DNA of 64,000 nucleotides from Macrostomum lignano (Eukaryota): NCBI GenBank assembly GCA_002269645.1, contig NIVC01001298.1, positions 1 to 64,000 of the forward strand, read 5' to 3'. Shown piece by piece: positions 24,008 to 36,330 of this stretch (position 1 is its first letter; each line of letters starts with the position of its first letter). The notes under the pieces were generated by a model. It saw only the letters and a program-made list of their open reading frames with translations, ran no database searches and was not told where the DNA came from. The position numbers and the translations under genes were made by a program.

Positions 24008-24519
24008 GAGGTTAAAATTGTGAGTGGGATAGGCTAGAAGTTGAATCTAAGCTATCAAGGTGAATGCGGACAAAGTACAATTAAAATCAAGATAAAAGAT
24101 TGGCACAGTGAGTGACACGTCAACTGGCAAGAATTATCTTTCCCACAATTTTTTTCGAAATACTGATAGATTTATAGAGGCCCATCATCAGCAATCCTTG
24201 TTCCTGTGTCTGAGCAGGGACTGATAGAAAGTGGCTTTACAGCCACGTGAGCACGGAGGCTCCCCTGCTGCTCACAGATCCGTGTGGAGAACCGGTCTGA
24301 AGCCTGAGACTTCCTGCTTCTCTCGTTCGTAAATCTGATTTCCTGTCGAGACCTGAGCTATGCTAAGCTGCTTCAGGAAATTTTTGTTTCCTTTGCTTTT
24401 AGGAGAGGCGTAGAGTGATACTTTATGTTGAATAAATTGCTTGGCCCTGTGAATAATTATTTCAAACTAAGAGTGACAAAGAAAGTAGGAGATTAATAGT
24501 GAAGAAGCGTGAGTATCAG

Positions 24520-24962
24520 AGAATGATGGAGAGTGACAGGGAAGGATGGAGAGTGACGGAGAAGGATGGAGAGTGACAGGAAAGGATGGAGAGTGACAGG
24601 AAATGATGGAGAGTGACAGAGAAGGATGGAGAGTGACAGGAAATGATGGAGAGTGACAGGAAAGGATGGAGAGTGACAGGAAATGATGGAGAGTGACAGG
24701 AAAGGATGGAGAGTGACAGGAAATGATGGAGAGTGACAGGAAAGGATGGAGAGTGACAGGAAAGGATGGAGAGTGACAGGAAAGGATGGAGAGTGACAGG
24801 AAAGGATGGAGAGTGACAGGAAATGATGGAGAGTGACAGGAAATGATGGAGAGTGACAGGAAAGGATGGAGAGTGACAGGAAAGGATGGAGAGTGACAGG
24901 AAATGATTGAGAGTGACAGGAAAGGATAGAGAGTGACAGGGAAGGATGGAGAGTGACAGGGT
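24520..24962. repeat. Minisatellite, 20-bp unit GAGTGACAGGAAAGGATGGA
   Basis: About 22 tandem units. Confidence 0.93.
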
Positions 24963-25309
24963 TATGATGGTGAGGAACCATTGACACTATAGTTAAATAC
25001 AAAAAATTAAATCATGATCATATTCCGAACTTCCCGAATCCCAGGTTGAAGACACTGCTGCATATAAATGCAGATAAGGTATTGCTGCAAAGAATTGAAA
25101 TCGAGTCAAATTAGCGATCAATTTAATTCTCAGAATTTAATTATTCCAGCAACTTCCGTCGCTTTGGGGAAGACAAAAAATTTTTTTGCGATTTCTTTTT
25201 GATCTGTGATGCGCGCGGGAGAGAGGCTTGTGCCCCGGGGGTCTGCTGAGGTGGAGATTTTTCTCAAAAAGGATCGATTTTAAATACGTTTTTGATACGG
25301 AACATAATT

Positions 25310-26400
25310 TGTTAGATATGGAACAGAATCTGATAAATATGAAACAGCACGTGTTAGATATGAAACAGAGTCTGTTAGATTTTAACCAGCACATGTTAGA
25401 TATGAAACAGAGTCTGTTAGATTTTAACCAGCACGTGTTAGATATGAAACAGAGTCTGTTAGATTTTAACCAGCACCTGTTAGATATGAAACAGAGTCTG
25501 TTAGATTTTAACCAGCACCTGTTAGATATGAAACAGAGTCTGTTAGATTTTAACCAGCACCTGTTAGATATGAAACAGAGTCTGTTAGATTTTAACCAGC
25601 ACCTGTTAGATATGAAACAGAGTCTGTTAGATTTTAACCAGCACCTGTTAGATATGAAACAGAGTCTGTTAGATTTTAACAAGCACCTGTTAGATATGAA
25701 ACAGAATATGTTAGATTTTAACAAGCACCTGTTAGATATGAAACAGAATATGTTAGATTTTAACCAGCACGTGTTAGATATGAAGCAGAGTCTGTTAGAT
25801 TTTAACCAGCACCTGTTAGATATGAAACAGAGTCTGTTAGATTAGATTTTAACCAGCACCTGTTAGATATGAAACAGAATATGTTAGATTTTAACCAGCA
25901 CCTGTAAGATATGAAACAGAATATGTTAGATTTTAACAAGCACCTGTTAGATATGAAACAGAATATGTTAGATTTTAACAAGCACCTGTTAGATATGAAA
26001 CAGAATATGTTAGATTTTAACCAGCACGTGTTAGATATGAAGCAGAGTCTGTTAGATTTTAACCAGCACCTGTTAGATATGAAACAGAGTCTGTTAGATT
26101 TTAACCAGCACCTGTTAGATATGAAGCAGAGTCTGTTAGATTTTAACCAGCACCTGTTAGATATGAAGCAGAATATGTTAGATTTTAACCAGCACCTGTT
26201 AGATATGAAACAGAGTCTGTTAGATTTTAACCAGCACCTGTTAGATATGAGACGGAATCTGTTAGACATGAAACACCACCTGTTAGACATGAAACAGCAA
26301 CCTGTTAGACACAAAACAGCATGAACGTGTTAGCTATGAAACAGCACCTGTTCGATATGAAACAGCACCTGCTAGCTATGAAGCACTGCTGTTAGACGTG
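25310..26400. repeat. 42-bp (2 x 21) minisatellite CACCTGTTAGATATGAAACAGAGTCTGTTAGATTTTAACCAG
   Basis: Dimeric tandem array with one 5-bp duplication near 25840. Confidence 0.95.
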
Positions 26401-26974
26401 AATAAGATGTGTTTAAAAGTTAAAAATAGATCAGCAGGCGGCCCCTAACACGGGAAATTCCTGGGATTTTGTGGGATTTAATGGCGCCTGAAAAGAAGAA
26501 GCCAATCGCAAGTCCAATATGGGAACTCGGACTTCGATAGCAACTTGTTGGAACAGATTGGCCAGCATTTTATCGTTTCAAATTTGCATAAAAAAGTCGG
26601 TTTCCAGGCAGTCATCAGCGCTAGCGGCTGCAACTCAATTTGATTGAAGATCGACCCGCAAAATCTCGGGATTTGACTTTGAAAAAGTTCCCGAATGGGA
26701 AAATAGGAGGAGAAGGAAGAGAGGAATCGAAGTGCGAGTGTGGCCTCCCAGCTCCCAAATGGGATATTGAAACTTCAAGTGGCTTCAGCCGCAGGGACTT
26801 CAGCGACCCTCTTGCGGCTGTTAAATTGAACGGTATAACGAAGGAGGCTGGACTCCAGTGTGATGAAGAAAATATGAATTCAGTGTGTGACCTCAGTTGC
26901 ACCCCAAGCGGACTGTTCAGGATTTCAAATTGAAACTTTTGAGGCAATGAGAAAGAACGTGTGTTAGACACAAC

Positions 26975-27420
26975 CTGTTAGGCACAAACTGTTAGACACA
27001 CAGCCAGCACAAACTGTTAGACACACAGCCAGCACAAACTGTTAGACACACAGCCAGCACAAACTGTTAGACACACAGCCAACACAAACTGTTAGACACA
27101 CAGCCAGCACAAACTGTTAGACACACAGCCAGCACAAACTGTTAGACACACAGCCAGCACAAACTGTTAGACACACAGCCAGCACAAACTGTTAGACACA
27201 CAGCCAGCACAAACTGTTAGACACACAGCCAGCACAAACTGTTAGACACACAGCCAGCACAAACTGTTAGACACACAGCCAGCACAAACTGTTAGACACA
27301 CAGCCAGCACAAACTGTTAGACACACAGCCAGCACAAACTGTTAGACACACAGCCAGCACAAACTGTTAGACACACAGCCAGCACAAACTGTTAGACACA
27401 CAGCCAGCACTGTTAGACTG
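26975..27420. repeat. Near-perfect 25-bp minisatellite AAACTGTTAGACACACAGCCAGCAC
   Basis: About 17 units, essentially one variant. Confidence 0.95.
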
Positions 27421-28304
27421 GCTCTGTTAGACATCGCTACTCTCCATTAGATTAAGTCTTGGCTGTCAGCCAACAGTTCAAAAGAAATCTTCAACAATCT
27501 TTCGCAGTTGTCCTTTTAGCGGTTTTCCAGCCTAGAAGCAGAAGAACGGCAAATAAAGATTGACCTGACCGATCAGCCAGTTGGCAGCGAAAACATTTGT
27601 CAGGCCTCCCTCTTTCTCTCTTTTTGACGCGACAGATTGATCAAAAATAGGCGCAATGGCCCGAATTTATGCGGCCGCAATGGCTTCCTGCGTGGCATTG
27701 AGAATTGGCATTTCACACCCGGCTGCTCACTGATTGCTTGTCTCTGTGCAGGCATTGCTACACTAGATATTGCTGCCGATGAATTATGCACCGCATCTGG
27801 CACAGTCTCTTTTATACATAAACAGAAAACTGGTCTGGCCTCATTTGTTTCTACTGCTGCTTGTTGCTGGGGCGTCCCCAAAGGGGGAATCTGTTATCGA
27901 AATCGATGCCTGAACGGCAGCTGCTGTAAAGTCTCAGAGGGCTGCTGTTATGCTCTGGATTGATAGCTCCTGCAGCCTTGGAACTGTGCCTGCGGCAGCT
28001 GCGCTTGTCCCTGAGATATTCATGGGTACCGCGGGGAGTTATTTATAAATAAATTTGTCAATTTTATATTTCTCCTTCAGAGCTGTATGGCAATCGGGTT
28101 TATGGTTTGTGTCCACCTACCCCCCCCCCCGAGTTGTAGGGAAGCTTGCAATAAGCTTGGCAGTGTTTTTCTTTCTGCTTTTCCGTTTGGCTCCTTCTCT
28201 GCTCGATGTGGATACAAAATCATTGCTGTTTTACCGCCTTTAGATTGAGCACTACATTTGTTCTTTTAGGACTTTTAGGACTAAGTAGTATGTCTGAGTG
28301 TCCT

Positions 28305-28695
28305 GGTGTCCTAGTGTCCTAGTGTCCTAGTGTCCTAGTGTCCTAGTGTCCTAGTGTCCTAGTGTCCTAGTGTCCTAGTGTCCTAGTGTCCTAGTGTCCT
28401 AGTGTCCTAGTGTCCTAGTGTCCTAGTGTCCTAGTGTCCTAGTGTCCTAGTGTCCTAGTGTCCTAGTGTCCTAGTGTCCTAGTGTCCTAGTGTCCTAGTG
28501 TCCTAGTGTCCTAGTGTCCTAGTGTCCTAGTGTCCTAGTGTCCTAGTGTCCTAGTGTCCTAGTGTCCTAGTGTCCTAGTGTCCTAGTGTCCTAGTGTCCT
28601 AGTGTCCTAGTGTCCTAGTGTCCTAGTGTCCTAGTGTCCTAGTGTCCTAGTGTCCTAGTGTCCTAGTGTCCTAGTGTCCTAGTGTCCTAGTGTCC
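28305..28695. repeat. Perfect 8-bp array (TAGTGTCC)n
   Basis: About 47 uninterrupted units. Confidence 0.97.
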
Positions 28696-29489
28696 AGGTT
28701 CAGCAGGTTCCTAAACGGATTTAGAACTTTAAGTGCCCTAAATTTAGATCCAACAGTTTCCTCAAGTTCCGCTTGGCTGGCTTTGTAGTAAACAATTTTG
28801 TTTTTACAACGACATCCAAAACAAAAAAATTGAGCAATCAGTAGACCATGAAAATATATACTTAACCAGTTGTAAAATCTTATACTTCAGAACTGCCGGC
28901 ATGTGTAAGTGCAAGACTGCAGTAGATCGCAAGGCAGACAAAACACACATCAGAGCCCAGAGTCAATTAACCCCCAGCTACCCCAGATGCCTTCATCGAC
29001 TGCGCCTCACTGAACACGCCCGGACCAGTTCAAGGACTCGGCCAAACTGAAGGTAGAAGATAATGAGTGAGACAGAGACAGAGAGAGAAAGGGGCAGAGT
29101 TAAGTAACGGATGCTTCATTGATTCGAAGATGCCCGGCTCGAACTTCATGCTCAAGACTTATTAAAGCGTTGTACGAGCTCTCACGGTCAATAGCGGTCA
29201 TCGGTCATCTCTTTCCGAGACCCAAATGCAAAAGTTTTCTTGCTTTGGAGGATCGAATATTCCATTAACGGTTCATAAAGAATTGGGAGTGAATTTTCTG
29301 GGAATTTCGTAACGGGGTTCCTGTCGGACCATAAAGTTGACCGGAATGATGCTTTCATTCATGCGATGTAGGGAGCGAAATTTGAGATCTTAAATACCAA
29401 CTTAAAAATCTGTTATGTCAGTCTAGCAATCCTAAAATTTAATTCGAAATTTAAAATGCCAAATCCCTGCTCCCGGATCTCAAATCCTA

Positions 29490-30580
29490 AATACCGGGTA
29501 TCACATCCCGAATCCCGAATCCCGAATCCCAAATCCCAGCTCCCGAATCCCAAATCCTAAATTCTGGGTATCAAATCCCGAATCCCGAATCCCGAATCCT
29601 AAATCCCAAATCCCGAATCCCGAATCCTGAATCCCAAATCTTGAATCCCGGATCCTGAAACCCGAATCCCGAATCCCGAATCCCGAATCCCGAATCCCGA
29701 ATCCTAAATCCCGGATCCTAAATCCCGAATCCCGAATCCTAAATCCCGAATCCTGAATCCCGAATTCTGAATCCCGAATCCTGAATCCCGAATCCTGAAT
29801 CCCGAATCTTGAATCCCGGATCCTGAAACCCGAATCCCGAATCCCGGATCCTAAATCCCGAATCCCGAATCCTAAATCCCGAATCCTAAATCCCGAATCC
29901 TAAATCCCGAATCCTGAATCCCGAATCCTGAATCCCGAATTCTGAATCCCGAATCCTGAATCCCGAATCTTGAATCCCGGATCCTGAAACCCGAATCCCG
30001 AATCCCGAATCCCGAATCCCGAATCCCGAATCCTAAATCCCGGATCCTAAATCCCGAATCCCGAATCCTAAATCCCGAATCCTAAATCCCGAATCCTAAA
30101 TCCCGAATCCTGAATCCCGAATCCTGAATCCCGAATTCTGAATCCCGAATCCTGAATCCCGAATCCTGAATCCCGAATCTTGAATCCCGGATCCTGAAAC
30201 CCGAATCCCGAATCCCGAATCCCGAATCCCGAATCCCGAATCCTAAATCCCGGATCCTAAATCCCGAATCCCGAATCATAAATCCCGAATCCTAAATCCC
30301 GAATCCTGAATCCCGAATCCTGAATCCCGAATTCTGAATCCCGAATCCTGAATCCCGAATCCTGAATCCCGAATCTTGAATCCCGGATCCTGAAACCCGA
30401 ATCCCGAATCCCGAATCCCGAATCCCGAATCCCGAATCCTAAATCCCGGATCCTAAATCCCGAATCCCGAATCATAAATCCCGAATCCTAAATCCCGAAT
30501 CCTAAATCACGAATCCTAAATCCCGAATCCTAAATCCCAAATCCTAAATCCCGAATCCTAAATCCAGAGTCCTAAATCAT
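29490..30580. repeat. 7-bp (ATCCCGA)n array with higher-order blocks
   Basis: The marker variant TTGAATCCCGGATCCTGAAACCCG recurs five times. Confidence 0.95.
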
Positions 30581-31097
30581 GTATCCGAAATCCCAGTTGT
30601 TTTTCTTTAAATCCCAAAGCCTTTAACGTCTTACTTTATAATTAAATAAATTATCCTCAAATTCAAATATTATTCCTGAGCTATACATGTACATTATTTC
30701 ATAATAGTAACAAATACTGATTATGATTATGATTACGGTGAAAATTGCAGTTCAGTAAATTCGTGCCCTTTTTTCTCGACAAGAGTCTCCCGTGCTCAAC
30801 CGTGCTCTCCAGCTGGCCAAAGAAATATGGAAATAATTATCCAACAGATGTAGGCAGCTGAGATGCGGTTGAGATGAGTCTAGAGGCTTCCCCTGTCTCC
30901 AATGTCAGGACTGCGCATTCTTTGTTCCACTGGGCTGACTTTGTGCCCCTCTATAGGGAGAAAGTTCAGCACAATGGACAATTGACCTTCAGTTGCATGA
31001 GCAGTCGGTTGTTTTTGAGCTCATCATTTGAGCTTTGTCTTAATCCCTCTGCAGTTGCAGATAAAGGGAAAGTCTTATGTGAAACCTTTGCATGCAA

Positions 31098-31725
31098 GTC
31101 ACAGTCACAGTCACAGTCACAGTCACAGTCACAGTCACAGTCACAGTCACAGTCACACTCACACTCACAGTCACACTCAGTCACAGTCACAGTCACACTC
31201 ACAGTCACAGTCACAGTCACACTCACACTCACACTCACACTCAGTCACAGTCACAGTCACAGTCACACTCAGTCACAGTCACAGTCACACTCAGTCACAG
31301 TCACAGTCACAGTCACACTCACACTCACACTCACACTCAGTCACAGTCACAGTCACAGTCACGCTCACAGTCACAGTCACACTCAATCACAGTCACAGTC
31401 ACAGTCACACTCAGTCACAGTCACAGTCACACTCAGTCACAGTCACAGTCACACTCACACTCACACTCACACTCACACTCACACTCACACTCAGTCACAG
31501 TTACACTCAGTCACAGTCACACTCAGTCACAGTCACACTCACACTCACACTCACACTCACACTCACACTCACACTCAGTCACAGTCACACTCAGTCACAG
31601 TCACACTCACACTCACAGTCACAGTCACAGTCACAGTCACAGTCACAGTCACAGTCACAGTCACAGTCACACTCACACTCACACTCACACTCACACTCAC
31701 AGTCACAGTCACAGTCACAATCACA
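31098..31725. repeat. 6-bp (AGTCAC/ACTCAC)n array
   Basis: Mixed hexamer tandem array. Confidence 0.95.
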
Positions 31726-32199
31726 GCCATCAGACATCAATCATATCTGTTAAACTGCAAAAGCTTCTCGAAAGATTTACACGCTTTCAGCAGCTGCTGT
31801 TGATAAGAAAAAATTCCTTCATCGAAGTGAGTGCCCAGCAGCCCTCTCGAAAGCTGAGTTCGAGGCTTGATCCAATTATGCAAAAAAAACATTTTTGGCC
31901 CTTCGAGTTGTCCCCAGTTCGCTCGAGAAATTCGAACATTTTTTAAACCCTGCTCAGGTCACGCATATGCAGGAGCGGGGTCTGCAAGAAAAATTGCAAC
32001 TTCTCAAATCTGCTGGCTAAGATTGAATTCTTGGCAAAAGTGCAGCGAATGAGTTTAATTGGTGCTATAATAAAATTTGCATTTTTAAATCGCCTTTGCT
32101 TTACGAAGTACGTAGAAAGTTCATTTTCGATACATATCGGCAACTTAAAAGTTTGTCTTGATAGAGTTATGAGTGCCCACCAGTTTGACAAGGGATAGT

Positions 32200-32455
32200 G
32201 TCACACCTGTTAGATAGGGGATACACCTGTTAGACAGGGGATAGTGTCACACCTGTTAGACAGGGGATAGAGTCACACCTGTTAGACAGGGGATAGAGTC
32301 ACACCTGTTAGACAGGGGACAGAGTCACACCTGTTAGACAGGGGATAGAGTCACACCTGTTAGACAGGGGATAGTGTCACACCTGTTAGACAGGGGATAG
32401 AGTCACACCTGTTAGACAGGGGATAGTGTCACACCTGTTAGACAGGGGATAGTGT
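32200..32455. repeat. 26-bp minisatellite CACCTGTTAGACAGGGGATAGAGTCA
   Basis: About 9 units. Confidence 0.93.
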
Positions 32456-32617
32456 CCAGCTAATGGACAGAGGACAGTGTCACCTGTAAGCCACTAGTAC
32501 CACCGGTCCATAGAGTCCCGATTCAGAGGGATTTAACTCTGATTGACAGCGCAAGCGAGAACGGTCGCATTGAGAAACGTCCTCAATAATCCCCTTAACC
32601 GCAGCACGCAGGCTTAC

Positions 32618-32877
32618 CCAGCACATTGTTAATAGAGGACAGAGGCAGAATGGTCAGAGCCAGCAGGAAGTCGCTCAGAGCCAGATTTCCGATCAGCAGG
32701 TTGGGAACACTGCGCAGGGATTTGAACTTGAACAGTGACACAATGACCAACGCGTTGCCGAACAGAGTCCACAGCGTCAGAATGGACAGCATCACGGCTA
32801 CGGGCACTTTCACGCCCAGCTTCCAGGACGATGAGCTCGCTGGCGACGGAGCGACTGTCGACGGAAACAGATTGTCC
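32618..32877 (-). CDS. Biogenic-amine GPCR, TM1-TM2 exon
   Basis: GNALVIVSLFKFKSLRSVPNLLIGNLALSDFLLALTILPLS. Donor G|GTAAGC at 32617 is in phase with the exon at 22069 (G|GC = Gly). Acceptor CCCACAG| at 32878; the start exon was not located. Confidence 0.9.
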
Positions 32878-32914
32878 CTGTGGGAGGAGAGGAGGGGGAG
32901 ACGATCAGGTTGTG

Positions 32915-34578
32915 AGGATCTGAGGGAAATCGGGTGGATCCTAAAGATCTGAAGGGGAATTGAAATGCAGCTTTTGGATCTGAAGGGGAATTGAAATGCA
33001 GCTTTTGGATCTGAAGGGGAATCGAAATGAAATTTTAGGATCTGAAGGGGAATTGGGATCAAACCTGAGGATCTGAGGGAATTGGGATCAAACCTGAGGA
33101 TCTGAGGGAATTGGGATCAAACCTGAGGATCTGAGGGGAATTGGAATGGAACCTGAGGATCTGAAGGGAATTACGATGGAAGCTGAGAATCTGAGAGGAA
33201 TTGGGATCAAACCTGAGGATCTGAGGGAATTGGGATCAAACCTGAGGATCTGAGGGAATTGGGATGAAACCTGAGGATCTGAGGGAATTGGGATGAAACC
33301 TGAGGATCTGAGGGAATTGGGATCAAACCTGAGGATCTGAGGGAATTGGGATCAAACCTGAGGATCTGAGGGAATTGGGATCAAACCTGAGGATCTGAGG
33401 GAATTGGGATCAAACCTGAGGATCTGAGGGAATTGGGATCAAACCTGAGGATCTGAGGGAATTGGGATCAAACCTGAGGATCTGAGGGGAATTGGAATGG
33501 AACCTGAGGATCTGAAGGGAATTACGATGGAAGCTGAGAATCTGAGAGGAATTGGGATCAAACCTGAGGATCTGAGGGAATTGGGATCAAACCTGAGGAT
33601 CTGAGGGAATTGGGATGAAACCTGAGGATCTGAGGGAATTGGGATGAAACCTGAGGATCTGAGGGAATTGGGATCAAACCTGAGGATCTGAGGGAATTGG
33701 GATCAAACCTGAGGATCTGAGGGAATTGGGATCAAACCTGAGGATCTGAGGGAATTGGGATCAAACCTGAGGATCTGAGGGAATTGGGATCAAACCTGAG
33801 GATCTGAGGGAATTGGGATCAAACCTGAGGATCTGAGGGAATTGGGATCAAACCTGAGGATCTGAGGGGAATTGGAATGGAACCTGAGGATCTGAAGGGA
33901 ATTACGATGGAAGCTGAGAATCTGAGAGGAATTGGGATCAAACCTGAGGATCTGAGGGAATTGGGATCAAACCTGAGGATCTGAGGGAATTGGGATCAAA
34001 CCTGAGGATCTGAGGGAATTGGGATCAAACCTGAGGATCTGAGGGAATTGGGATCAAACCTGAGGATCTGAGGGAATTGGGATCAAACCTGAGGATCTGA
34101 GGGGAATTGGAATGGAACCTGAGGATCTGAGGGAATTGGGATCAAACCTGAGGATCTGAGGGAATTGGGATCAAACCTGAGGATCTGAGGGAATTGGGAT
34201 CAAACCTGAGGATCTGAGGGAATTGGGATCAAACCTGAGGATCTGAGGGGAATTGGAATGGAACCTGAGGATCTGAAGGGAATTACGATGGAAGCTGAGA
34301 ATCTGAGAGGAATTGGGATCAAACCTGAGGATCTGAGGGAATTGGGATCAAACCTGAGGATCTGAGGGAATTGGGATCAAACCTGAGGATCTGAGGGAAT
34401 TGGGATGAAACCTGAGAATCTGAGAGGAATTGGGATCAAACCTGAGGATCTGAAGGCGAATTACGATGAAACCTTGGGATCTGAGGAGAATTGGGATGAA
34501 ACCTGAGGATCTGAGGGGGAATTACGATGGAACCTCAGGATCTGAAGGGGAATTACGATGGAACCTCAGGATCTGAGG
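32915..34578. repeat. 29-bp minisatellite GAGGATCTGAGGGAATTGGGATCAAACCT with higher-order structure
   Basis: Long tandem array beginning about 40 nt from the GPCR acceptor. Confidence 0.95.
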
Positions 34579-35098
34579 TGAAGGGTTTTTTGAAGCAAGG
34601 AATCTAAACGATTGATGTTAAAGCCAAAGATAATGAAGATTTTTTTCCACTTGAAGTTTTGTATTTGATTTTAAAATTAACCAAATCTATTTAAACTGAG
34701 AGTACAAACATTTCTAGGTAGTATTGACACAACTTCAGCACTTTGTATAAGCATCCATAACCTACCCAGAATCGGCTGTGCAGTAATCAACCCAATCTGA
34801 ATCTGACTGCACTAATTGGATTAACTTTATCTACTCATAGACCCCGGCCAAGCTCGAGAGAAGCGCAAACTTGAGAGAGATTGGCTGAAAAATTTAATTA
34901 ATTCCCAAATATCTTAGTCTAGACTTGCTACCGAATGTTAATTTTATAAGTATAATGAATATTTTTGATACTAAAGAAAATTACTAAGGAAATGAATGGT
35001 AAAAGTCTGACTATGAGAGAGACCAACCACCAGGGCACAGAGAATGTACATGCCTGACGATTAGAAAGTCAGGTAGGGCCTCTCTGTACAGCTTGCGT

Positions 35099-35290
35099 GA
35101 GAATGGGCAGAATTGCAATGGGGAATGTGCAGAATTGCAATGGGGAATGGGCAGAATTGCAATGGGGAATGTGCAGAATTGCAATGGGGAATGGGCAGAA
35201 TTGCAATGGGGAATGTGCAGAATCGCAATGGGGAATGTGCAGAATTGCAATGGGGAATGGGCAGAATTGCAATGGGGAATGGGCAGAATT
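35099..35290. repeat. 22-bp minisatellite GAATTGCAATGGGGAATGTGCA
   Basis: About 8-9 units. Confidence 0.92.
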
Positions 35291-35864
35291 GTCGTCAGCG
35301 CTGGTCGAAGGACGATATCGCCAAGAAGGTGTCCAGAGCCCCTGCTGTAATTGTGCAGAAGAAGAGAGTCTTCAGAGCCTGAGGTATTGAGAATTTCATA
35401 TTAGACCCGCGTTGAGTCACTGACCCGGCATATCTAGTTCTTTAAGCTGACTTCTCTCAGTGTTCTCTCTAGCCCACCCCTTCTCTCTCCCCTTCCCTCT
35501 CTCGTCTTTAATTAACTGGGGCAACTTTTCCTCTCAAAAGTATTAGCAAAAAAGAGTGAGTTTCTCCTTACGCGCTCATTTCTAGCGATCCCGATCGCGG
35601 AGCCGCCGGGTCCAAAGGGGAAAGCCCTGCCCCTCCCCTCGAACTTTCCTATTACTCAAAACCGAGAACCCAGCATGTGCCAGAACCCAGTTTGTCACTG
35701 CATCCCTCACTTTATCTTGACAAAAGACAGAGAAAGAGAGAAAGAAAGGGCCGCGCTTTCGAATGAATTTTTTATCATTTGATTCAAGTAATTCGTTTGA
35801 GTACACAAGTGTCCCTCGTGGTGGGGACTTCTTTGGAGAGCTTGAAACAGAACCTTAGACATGT

Positions 35865-36330
35865 TAGACATGTTAGACATGAAACAGCAACCTGTTAGAC
35901 ATGAAACAGCAACCTGTTAGACATGAAACAGCACCTGTTAGACATGAAACAGCAACCTGTTAGACATGAAACAGCACCTGTTAGACATGAAACAGCAGCC
36001 TGTTAGACATTTCGAAACAGCACCTGTTAGACATGAAACAGTACCTGTTAGACATGAAACAGCACCTGTTAGACATGAAACAGCAACCTGTTAGACATGA
36101 AACAGCACCTGTTAGACATGAAACAGCACCTGTTAGACACGAAAAAGCAACCTGTTAGACATGAAACAGCACCTGTTAGACATGAAAAAGCAACCTGTTA
36201 GACATGAAACAGCTCTTGTTAGACATGAAACAGCACCTGTTAGACATGAAACAGCACCTGTTAGACATGAAACAGCAATCTGTTAGACATTTCGAAACAG
36301 CAACCTGTTAGACATGAAACAGCATCCGTT
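35865..36330. repeat. 21-22-bp minisatellite GACATGAAACAGCACCTGTTA
   Basis: About 21 units. Confidence 0.93.

Noticed and set aside
30874-31946. SQSQ/HSHS/VTVT ORFs
   Set aside because: Hexamer repeat translations open in several frames on both strands.
32915-34578. CRISPR-like appearance of 29-bp repeats (also 95-1446, 4700-5535 and 23147-24007)
   Set aside because: Units are head-to-tail without unique spacers, there are no cas genes, and the context is eukaryotic and intronic.
35290-35395. Coding-looking segment considered as the missing GPCR first exon
   Set aside because: No ATG or phase-2 donor was found on the minus strand that joins the acceptor at 32878.
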